64,000 bases of DNA from an uncultured Alphaproteobacteria bacterium (GTDB taxonomy: Bacteria; Pseudomonadota; Alphaproteobacteria; Rs-D84): the NCBI GenBank assembly GCA_934230415.1, contig CAKQEW010000004.1, forward strand, positions 1,445 to 65,444, in the 5' to 3' direction. The notes beneath the pieces were generated by a model. That model was given only the letters and a program-made list of their open reading frames with translations. It was not told where the DNA came from and ran no database searches. The position numbers and the translations under genes are program-made. Position 1 is the stretch's first letter, and each line of letters opens with the position of its first letter. This document shows positions 54,184 to 61,996 of the stretch, in pieces.

Positions 54184-55743
54184 ATGAAGATTAGCAAAGT
54201 TCATATTCATAATATCTATTCAATCCAAGACGCAGAATTCACGCTGGCTGATTTTAACATGATGGTCGGTAAAAATGGTGTCGGCAAAAGCAATATATTG
54301 AATATCCTGAACGGATTTTTCCAGGGTGGGGCGCATTGCGGTCTGATGTGCCCGGGCATGGCGTATGCAAACAGCGCCCCCCAGGAACCATTGTGGATAG
54401 AGGTTGAATTGGACCTGACAGAATCTGAATTTGCCGCGTTGCCAGATGAATACCAGGCAATCCCGAACAAATTGCGCATTCGTAAAACAATCGCGAATGT
54501 AGAGGCCGTCCTGGCAGAATTGGCTAACGAACCGGGCGTTACCAATGTCCCAAATGAAACCAGCACACGCATTTATACGAAAAACGGCATGGTAAAATCA
54601 GACTATAAAATACCGTGCGATGTTGTCTTTGTTGCGCCGACAAATTATGGCCAATCGCAATTTATGGGTGAAAAAGCCCCCGACCAGGCGCAATTGGATT
54701 CGGCCGCCACAATACTGCACAGTTCGGATACCATGGTTCACCTGGATATAGAGGATATAAAAGATGTTGGTGCGGCGCACGCGCTGATTGGCATGCATGA
54801 ATTTGGAATGTCGCCAAACCAATCGTGGGTGAAAATGAGTTCTGGTGCCCAGCACGCCGGCCAAATATCCAGCGCGGCCACCAAGGCAAAAGACCCAAAT
54901 CGTCTGACATTATTGTTGTGTGATGAACCGGAAAATTCGCTGCACCCCAGTTACCTGTCGGCGGCGGCGGGGACATTGCGTAATTTTGCCAATCAGCCGA
55001 ATTGTCAGGTTGTTGTCACGACGCACAGTCCACAGTTGGTTGCAGAAAACGCGACCGATTTGACGAATATTATGCGCCTGGACAGGTATGATGGCGCAAC
55101 GCGCGTACACCAATATCCCGCAATTACCCAGGACAAGATTTATAATTTGACATTCCTGAATAACCTGGATCGTGCAAAAATGTTCTTCTCTGATCGTGTG
55201 ATTTTGGTAGAGGGTGAAACAGAAACCGCATTTTTCAACTATATGACAGAAAACAATCTGTTCCGAAATGAACCAACCCCAGAAAATGTCACGCTGGTTA
55301 ATTGCCAGGGCAAATTCTATATCAAATATTTCGCTGATATTTTGACACAATATGGTATTCCGCATACGACGCTGTGGGATTTGGATCGTGGCAAATACTC
55401 AACAGATAACGAAAACATATTGGGGTGTTTTAACGATTTGATGTCGGTTGGGTATTGTTTCTATGAAAGTATAGAACCGTTTTGCGGCATAACCAAGGTT
55501 CAAAACTTGCCGGCGCACGTGAACTTTATCCAGAAATATACCGATGGTACAATTGCCCAGAATAAACGTGACCAACTGGTCACGCTGTTCAGCAACCTGG
55601 TTCATGCGCCCGAAACACCCGAACCGGCGGTCGCGGACCCGGATTTTAAAACGGTGCAATCGTTTAAGCGGGTGCCAACAATTACCGCACAACCCGTTGC
55701 GCTGGGCCTGTATCGGGTAACATTGCGCGGCAAAACAAAATAG
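54184..55743 (+). CDS. OLD-family nuclease (ABC-type ATPase + Toprim)
   Basis: Walker A GKNGVGKSN, signature-like MSSGAQH, Walker B LLLCDEPENSLHP, TTHSP, Toprim ILVEGETETAFF and LWDLD. The last 9 codons lie in a 175-bp repeat. Confidence 0.8.
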   Translation: MKISKVHIHNIYSIQDAEFTLADFNMMVGKNGVGKSNILNILNGFFQGGAHCGLMCPGMAYANSAPQEPLWIEVELDLTESEFAALPDEYQAIPNKLRIRKTIANVEAVLAELANEPGVTNVPNETSTRIYTKNGMVKSDYKIPCDVVFVAPTNYGQSQFMGEKAPDQAQLDSAATILHSSDTMVHLDIEDIKDVGAAHALIGMHEFGMSPNQSWVKMSSGAQHAGQISSAATKAKDPNRLTLLLCDEPENSLHPSYLSAAAGTLRNFANQPNCQVVVTTHSPQLVAENATDLTNIMRLDRYDGATRVHQYPAITQDKIYNLTFLNNLDRAKMFFSDRVILVEGETETAFFNYMTENNLFRNEPTPENVTLVNCQGKFYIKYFADILTQYGIPHTTLWDLDRGKYSTDNENILGCFNDLMSVGYCFYESIEPFCGITKVQNLPAHVNFIQKYTDGTIAQNKRDQLVTLFSNLVHAPETPEPAVADPDFKTVQSFKRVPTITAQPVALGLYRVTLRGKTK

Positions 55744-55889
55744 CCCCCCGGCAGGTGTTCAAAATTCTTTGCCGCCCCGCATTTTGTACATGCAGATTTT
55801 GGTAAAAAAACTGACTCTCTACGACGTTTGCAGGATGTGTGTTTGACACAAAACAAAACCCCACCAATGGTGGGGTTAATCTTTGGCTC
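55715..55889. repeat. 175-bp direct repeat, copy 1 (OLD 3' end, intergenic region, 6 nt of the tRNA-Asn 3' end)
   Basis: Near-identical to 60618-60793; I counted 3 differences (C6 vs C7, C/T, T/G). Confidence 0.9.
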
Positions 55890-56033
55890 AGATGTATAAG
55901 CATATGTCGAACGCGCGATATCTTAGATTTACTTAGCTTGGGTAAAAGTATTGAAAAGATTTTGCAGCGTTATCCGGTATAAATCACGTAAACCCAGCAG
56001 CATTCAGGCAAAAAGGGCACCGAAGCAACCTAT

Positions 56034-56786
56034 TTGGCATTGTTCACACGTGATAAAGTGGGCGAACAGTGGATGCACGATAACGGCATTACAACCAAAA
56101 AATCTTGTGAAAGTCCTGATTTTATATTCGAAGTTCCGGGGCGGCCGACAATAGGTCTGGAAATCGTCAATTTTATTCAACCAAGTGACAAAAATTCCGC
56201 GACAATGCGATTGGAAAGAATTGCCAAGAAAATTGTTGCACATTTCAAACAAAAGGGTGTTCCATTGTCGTTATTGATAAATGTGTTTGACCCAAGGGAA
56301 TGGAGTGCGAAATGGTCGGACCATTTGGATGCTTGTGCAAATCCAGGTTTTGACCATTTGAATGCGTCCGATGATGAAATTAAATGTGCGTTTTTATCTG
56401 CGTTGGACCCCGAAACAATACCAGAGTTTGGAATAGTTAAAAAGTCAATCACGGTGAATGGCCAGACCTTTATTTTGAACGCCAGTCAAATGCACGCACC
56501 GCATACACATTATCACGTCAATAATATGGGGCGTTGCATTGAAGACCCGTTTGATGAAATCCAAACAATAATAGACGGTAAAAACAAGAAATTCCAATCA
56601 TACAAGGCCAATTGTGACGAATGCGATTTGTTAATTGTGGTCGATGGTGGATTTGTGCATTTGGACGACGAATTGAAAACATATCGGTTTGAGTCGGTGT
56701 TTAGAAATGTATTCTTTATGGATTTGTCGTTCGGGTGCAAGGTTATAAAACTGAACATACTGCCACCACGCAATGCACCGTGTTAA
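56034..56786 (+). CDS. Hypothetical protein (250 aa), possibly nuclease-fold; start uncertain
   Basis: ORF with non-ATG start; first ATG at 56073. SPDFIFEV...IGLEIV is weakly PD-(D/E)xK-like. Confidence 0.45.
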   Translation: MALFTRDKVGEQWMHDNGITTKKSCESPDFIFEVPGRPTIGLEIVNFIQPSDKNSATMRLERIAKKIVAHFKQKGVPLSLLINVFDPREWSAKWSDHLDACANPGFDHLNASDDEIKCAFLSALDPETIPEFGIVKKSITVNGQTFILNASQMHAPHTHYHVNNMGRCIEDPFDEIQTIIDGKNKKFQSYKANCDECDLLIVVDGGFVHLDDELKTYRFESVFRNVFFMDLSFGCKVIKLNILPPRNAPC

Positions 56787-56987
56787 TTCCCCCATTATAC
56801 CACCCATATACAGCCCCCAATACAGGTCACATCATTATATCACCCATATACCCCAACAATCCCCCCACCCCCCGGGTGAAGTAAGAAAAAGCCAAAAACA
56901 ATGGTTTTTTACTTCCCAAAACTTACAAATATGAATATAATCTGTTATAATATGAACATTAACTGTTAAATATAAAGAGTGTGTGCG

Positions 56988-57458
56988 ATGGCAAAAGTAG
57001 CAAAAACCAAAGAAGAAACCCTGGAAACGATATTGTTCAATTGTCGCAATCATTTGCGTGGTCGTGCACCTATGACGGACAAACGTGATTTGTTGCTGAC
57101 ATTGGTGTTCTTGAAATTTATCGGTGACCGGTTTAAAGACCAACAGGACAAAATCCGTGAAACCGAAGAAGCGGGGTTTGTTGAAATGGCGTTAAAGACC
57201 CCAAGTTTTTATACCAAGGACGGTGTGTTCTTTTTGTCGGATGATTGTTTTTGGGATAAACTGATATTGAAACTGGCCAAGGGTCGCACAACCATCGCCA
57301 TTGCACACCGCTTATCAACCTTGCGTAACATGGACAGAATTATTGTGATGGATCATGGGCATATCATTGAATCTGGCACACATCAATCGTTATTACGCAA
57401 GAAAGGCCACTATGCGAAATTGTGGAAGATGCAATCCGGTGGATTCTTACAGGAATAA
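56988..57458 (+). pseudogene. Chimeric remnant: type I R-M HsdM N-terminal domain fused to an ABC-exporter C-terminus
   Basis: aa 1-95 match HsdM_N (LRGRAPMTDKRDLLLTLVFLKFIGDRF...FYTKDGVFFLSDDCFW). aa ~100-159 match the ABC ATPase tail ([47 protein letters not shown]). Confidence 0.75.
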
Positions 57459-57467
57459 GGAGCAGAC

Positions 57468-58478
57468 ATGAAACATACAGATGAACAAATAATTGCTACA
57501 GTGCGCAAAATCTTGGACATTTTACACGATCCGGACAATGGTTTTAATGCTTTTCGTAAGGAACTTCGGGAACAACACCTGAAAAAAGATGAATACGAAC
57601 AACGTATCGTTGATAAAGAATATGAATTGGCGGAAAAGTATGGTTTAACAAAAAACGACAATAGAGATGAAATAAAATTCCGCCTTACTGGTAAAGATGT
57701 TATGGATAGCCATCTGTATGTATCTTGTGGTCAGGCGGCTAAGGCGTTTTGTTATGTAAATTCACAATTACCAAAGGAAGAACAGTTAGATTTAAGGGTT
57801 TTGTTCAGTACGGATGTTGAACACCTTATTGATGCAAAAGAAGGTCATACTTTACCATGTGTAAAATTATCAGATGGCAAATGGCATGCAATAGAACCAC
57901 AAATTCAGCCAGAAAAAGATAAACAGCCAGGATTCAATTTTGTATGTGATGATGTAAAAGTTGATGGTGAAATATGGCACCAATTGGAATCTATTAAAAA
58001 GAAGGGTCGGCCATATCAGATAACAAAAATTGTGACACCAGAAGAACACGCAACAACATATTCCGATTTTGGAAAGTTTTTAGATGCATCCATGGTACAC
58101 AAAGGCAAGCTAAGCTTTGTATGTTCAACACTTAAACTGATATTACAAGACAAAAATCCAGGACAATATAAAAACAGCAAACGTCAAATTTATGAAATTT
58201 GCAAAGCCTTGGACGGAAAGAATGCAGCGGTAAAAGTGTGGATCTTCACTAGGGGGGAAGATATAGCGTGCAGAATTGGTATTGAAGACGATGGTGTATG
58301 TTACGACATGAACCCAACTGTACAATACCTGTCTTTGAGAAAGGTTGTTGGCAATGATTTCGCGTTCAATGAACCTGGCTTTAAATTAACACAAACACTG
58401 ACCCCAGAAGAATATGTCCAAGAATTTGAAAAGCGCGTTCAAACAATGGTGAATATAAACAACGAAGTAAGAGAATAA
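57468..58478 (+). CDS. Hypothetical protein (336 aa), first gene of an island operon
   Basis: AGGAGCAGAC RBS; AT-rich codon usage; no P-loop or other motif recognised. Confidence 0.6.
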   Translation: MKHTDEQIIATVRKILDILHDPDNGFNAFRKELREQHLKKDEYEQRIVDKEYELAEKYGLTKNDNRDEIKFRLTGKDVMDSHLYVSCGQAAKAFCYVNSQLPKEEQLDLRVLFSTDVEHLIDAKEGHTLPCVKLSDGKWHAIEPQIQPEKDKQPGFNFVCDDVKVDGEIWHQLESIKKKGRPYQITKIVTPEEHATTYSDFGKFLDASMVHKGKLSFVCSTLKLILQDKNPGQYKNSKRQIYEICKALDGKNAAVKVWIFTRGEDIACRIGIEDDGVCYDMNPTVQYLSLRKVVGNDFAFNEPGFKLTQTLTPEEYVQEFEKRVQTMVNINNEVRE

Positions 58479-58569
58479 TTGTACGAAAATGGTCATAATT
58501 CATAAAAATAAGAAAAAGGATTACAATAATGCATGAGCTTAACAAGGATATTAGCAATCAAAAATAACC

Positions 58570-59913
58570 ATGGCAACAGGTAATTTCATATTTAAATTTA
58601 AAAAAGAGCCATCAGCAAGAGCGGTTGCTGATAATGTAATTCGGGTTCCGAATCTTGATGATAAAACTGTACAGTTTGGTGCGCATGATTTTGTTTTAAA
58701 TGGGGATGCGTCTGGCGTAGATATTTCAAATGCGGGGGATTTAATAAAATATATGCGTTTTAGTAATGAAACAACGTTCCCAACAACCGATAAAATGCCC
58801 GAAGGGTTTAATCCAGAACAAGTGCTACAAGACGGTATAAATCCAGGATTGCATATAGATGATTTACATGCCGCCGGCATTACTGGTAAAGGTATAACGG
58901 TAGCAATCATAGACCAAGCATTAAATACGGAACATGTCGAGATAAAAGACAATATTGTTCATTATGAGTCTATTGGTTATCCTGAAAATAAAACGGCAGA
59001 TTATCATGGTACGGTTGTATCCAGTTTGTTGGCTGGCAAAACACTGGGGGTTGCACCAGAGGCAAAGGTTGTATATTTCGCTGCAACCAATGTGAAAGAT
59101 GTTTCGGAAAAGTTATTTGCAGATCCAGAAATCAAAGAGGCAGTATCAAAACATCTGCCAGATAATGTAAAATATGACGATTTTGTCGCAGATATCAAAA
59201 ACAAGAAACACGTCACCGATAAAGCGTTTCAACAATTGATTCGCGATTTGATGCAACAATTACCACCAGCAATCGTAAAACGTATAGAAAACGGAACGCG
59301 TGAAGTTTGTTTCGAGAATTATGCATCGGCATTACGTAAGATATTGTTTATGAATGCCAGACTGCCAAAAGATAAAAAGATATCTGCGGTGTCAATAAGT
59401 TGGGGAATGTTGCACGAAGATCCAGAAAGCACAAAATTGATAAAAATGTTGATAGAAAGTGGTGTAATGGTATTAACCACAGACTCTTACAGGTTTTACG
59501 ATAAAAATGCGGCATTTACTACGATAGACAGAAAAATGAATTCTGATGCCAATGATGTAGAATCTTATGATGCTGGTTTCTGGAAGAATTATAAAGGACA
59601 AGACGAAAACAAGTTGTTAGTCCCAGCTGGTGGCAGAACAATTGCTGGATTCTATGACAACACTCAGTATATTTATAGTGGTGTGAATGCGGGTATGTCT
59701 TGGGCGACACCGTATTTAGTTGGTGTATATGCGCTGGCAAAGCAAGTAATGCCAACCTTGACACCAGAACATTTTTTTGCGGTTGCACATCAGGTTGGTG
59801 CTTCAAACGAAAAACTGGGCAATAATGTTGTTATTCAACCACAAAAAATCATCGAATATTTACAAAACGAAAACTTATTACAAAAACAAAATCTAGAAGC
59901 AAAAGGTAGATAA
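58570..59913 (+). CDS. Subtilisin-like serine protease (peptidase S8), no signal peptide
   Basis: Catalytic triad contexts VAIIDQAL (Asp), DYHGTVVSS (His), GMSWATPYLVG (Ser). Confidence 0.8.
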   Translation: MATGNFIFKFKKEPSARAVADNVIRVPNLDDKTVQFGAHDFVLNGDASGVDISNAGDLIKYMRFSNETTFPTTDKMPEGFNPEQVLQDGINPGLHIDDLHAAGITGKGITVAIIDQALNTEHVEIKDNIVHYESIGYPENKTADYHGTVVSSLLAGKTLGVAPEAKVVYFAATNVKDVSEKLFADPEIKEAVSKHLPDNVKYDDFVADIKNKKHVTDKAFQQLIRDLMQQLPPAIVKRIENGTREVCFENYASALRKILFMNARLPKDKKISAVSISWGMLHEDPESTKLIKMLIESGVMVLTTDSYRFYDKNAAFTTIDRKMNSDANDVESYDAGFWKNYKGQDENKLLVPAGGRTIAGFYDNTQYIYSGVNAGMSWATPYLVGVYALAKQVMPTLTPEHFFAVAHQVGASNEKLGNNVVIQPQKIIEYLQNENLLQKQNLEAKGR

Positions 59914-59914
59914 T

Positions 59915-60502
59915 ATGGACAAGTTTTATGAACTATTCAGACGAGATTTGAAAACACAACGTCTGGAATTGCGAGTCTTGAAAGCAACACCAGAGAACGC
60001 GAAATTGGTATGGGATGCAATCAAAGATGAAAACCCCGCGGATTTTAAGTATATAAATTGGACACCGAATTATAAAAAACCCTTGCCGGAAAGTTTAGAG
60101 GAGACCTTGGCACAAATGCAACAAGAGGAAAAATACGATGTTAATCCGAATGGTGCGGTTTGGTACGTGTTTCATAATGGAAAAATGATCGGACATCATG
60201 GTGTGTTTTATTTTGATAATAATAAATCTATGCAATCTGGGAATGAGTGGTTTGTAAAATCCGCACAGAAGAAAGGATTCAATCAAGAAATATGGTCTTT
60301 GTTAATAAAAATGGCGTTTGAGCAATTGGGGGCGAACAGAATAATGCGTCAATGTATGGCTAACAATGAGCAGTCTCAGAAATCAATTATGGGCAGCGGT
60401 TTTCATCTTGACGGGCGTATACGTGCATCAACACGCATGCCAGACGGCAGTTATATGGATCAGCTGGTATTTACAAAACTAGCCCAAGAATACGGTAAAT
60501 AA
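59915..60502 (+). CDS. GNAT N-acetyltransferase (RimJ/RimL-like)
   Basis: RLELRVLKATPENA...HHGVFYFD...KGFNQEIWSLLIKMAFEQLGANRIM. The start is 1 nt after the S8 stop. Confidence 0.75.
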   Translation: MDKFYELFRRDLKTQRLELRVLKATPENAKLVWDAIKDENPADFKYINWTPNYKKPLPESLEETLAQMQQEEKYDVNPNGAVWYVFHNGKMIGHHGVFYFDNNKSMQSGNEWFVKSAQKKGFNQEIWSLLIKMAFEQLGANRIMRQCMANNEQSQKSIMGSGFHLDGRIRASTRMPDGSYMDQLVFTKLAQEYGK

Positions 60503-60617
60503 AAGGATAGAAGAACATAGAATGCACGACTATTTAGAGAAACGTCTTATATACGGTGTTTTTATTGACAAATTATTTATTTTGTGTTAGTTTTGCGTTA
60601 TAACCTATATCAAAAAT

Positions 60618-60793
60618 GGGTAACATTGCGCGGCAAAACAAAATAGCCCCCCCGGCAGGTGTTCAAAATTCTTTGCCGCCCTGCATTTTGTACATGCAGA
60701 TTTTGGTAAAAAAACTGACTCTCTACGACGTTTGCAGGATGTGTGTTTGACACAAAACAAAACCCCACCAATGGTGGGGGTAATCTTTGGCTC
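60618..60793. repeat. 175-bp direct repeat, copy 2 (abuts and overlaps the tRNA-Asn 3' end)
   Basis: See copy 1. Contains the terminator hairpin ccccaccaatggtgggg serving tRNA-Asn. Confidence 0.9.
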
Positions 60794-60863
60794 GGGCAAC
60801 TGGACTCGAACCAGTGACATACGGATTAACAGTCCGTTGTTCTACCGACTGAACTATGCCCGA
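60788..60863 (-). tRNA. tRNA-Asn (anticodon GUU), CCA encoded
   Basis: Reverse complement TCGGGCATAGTTCAGTCGGTAGAACAACGGACTGTTAATCCGTATGTCACTGGTTCGAGTCCAGTTGCCCGAGCCA is a canonical cloverleaf. Confidence 0.95.
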
Positions 60864-61048
60864 ATAGCCCGCATATCTTATAATTTTTTTTTATGCATTT
60901 CAAGTGTTTTTTTCATTTGTTCCCAATTTGGTGGAATTATTATGGTGGGCAGTGCAATATCGGGCGTTTGTCCTGACAAAGTTGTTGATATTTGGCGGGC
61001 AGGTGTATAGCATTAATGTCACAAGGATTCAGAAACGCCGGGGGCAGC

Positions 61049-61846
61049 ATGATAAAAGATATCAGTTATTCTGCATATATTATTCCGGTGCGCGCCGGGC
61101 GCGTTGCGGTGTTGAAATATGGTGAAAATGGATACGGGCCAATCGGCGGGCGCCTGGACGCGGGTGAAGATTTTGATGCGGCACTGCGCCGTGAATTAAC
61201 AGAAGAACTGGGGCCATCAGCGGCAGATTTGGCGGACGCGGCGGTGGCTGTGCCGGTGCCATATGCATTTCGGCATGCAACGTATGCGCGTGCGTTGGCG
61301 CGCGGTGCGTTTGCCGAAGAACACCATTTCTATATCGTGCATATCGCGGATGATTGCACGCTGAATTTCTGTGAAAATCGTCCTGATTCGGTGTCGGTTG
61401 TTTGGGTTCGCCCGGATGATTTGCTGGCGCCGGAATATGTACCGATGTCCGATATGCGCGATTTTTATGCAACGCATGTGTTGCCAAACTTGGCGTGTCG
61501 GTTTTCAATCAGGTTGCGTCATACGTACTATGAAATGGTAACGTCTGGCCAGAAAGATATAGAACTGCGTCTGTATGATGAAAAGCGCCGCCAGATGCGC
61601 GCCGGTGATATTGTTTTAATCTGTGATGCGGAAAATCCATCTGATTATATCCGGTGCGAAATAGTGCATATGCACATTGCCCAGAGTTTTGCGAGCCTGG
61701 CCACACAAATAAATGTTCGGCGCATAGGATTTGATAACCTGGACCAGTTGACCGCGGCGGTATCAAAGTTCTATACCCCGGCCCAAGAGTCCAGGTACGG
61801 TGTCGTTGGCATTGAACTGAGGGTGCCGCAACCAAATAAAAATTGA
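61049..61846 (+). CDS. NUDIX hydrolase fused to an ASCH domain
   Basis: Nudix box GGRLDAGEDFDAALRRELTEELG. C-terminal YYEMVTSGQKDIELRLYDEKRRQMRAGDIVLI is ASCH-like. Confidence 0.65.
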   Translation: MIKDISYSAYIIPVRAGRVAVLKYGENGYGPIGGRLDAGEDFDAALRRELTEELGPSAADLADAAVAVPVPYAFRHATYARALARGAFAEEHHFYIVHIADDCTLNFCENRPDSVSVVWVRPDDLLAPEYVPMSDMRDFYATHVLPNLACRFSIRLRHTYYEMVTSGQKDIELRLYDEKRRQMRAGDIVLICDAENPSDYIRCEIVHMHIAQSFASLATQINVRRIGFDNLDQLTAAVSKFYTPAQESRYGVVGIELRVPQPNKN

Positions 61847-61996
61847 CATTTGGGGGGTGGGGGCCTAGAATTAATGTGAACAAACCCCAAAGGATAAAAA
61901 CCAATGCGTATGTAATATTGTAATTCTTTATAAAACAAACCGTGTATCGTTATGTTCGCGCGGGCGGTGGCTTTACAATATTCAAGGGTTTTTATC

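Larger units (their letters stand above)
55715..60793. mobile_element. AT-rich 4.7 kb insert flanked by 175-bp direct repeats next to tRNA-Asn
   Basis: Direct repeats at both ends. The interior is visibly A/T-richer and uses AGA/AGG Arg codons. It contains gene remnants and a three-gene operon. No integrase present. Confidence 0.7.

Noticed and set aside
53694-55743. Classification as Septu (PtuAB) or Gabija
   Set aside because: PtuA lacks a Toprim domain and is co-oriented with PtuB. Gabija needs a UvrD-like helicase, which is absent. The pair is kept only as an unclassified HNH+OLD pair.
55602-55856. 84-aa and 71-aa minus-strand ORFs (the second at 60605-60820) with identical sequences
   Set aside because: They arise from the 175-bp direct repeats, which contain a terminator hairpin and the tRNA-Asn flank. 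Their identity reflects the repeat, not a conserved gene.
56787-56980. C-rich intergenic stretch with repeated cacccatata motifs and a gaagtaa...ttacttc hairpin
   Set aside because: There are only two imperfect short repeats. I could not connect them to any att site, promoter or known element, so they may simply be island junk DNA.
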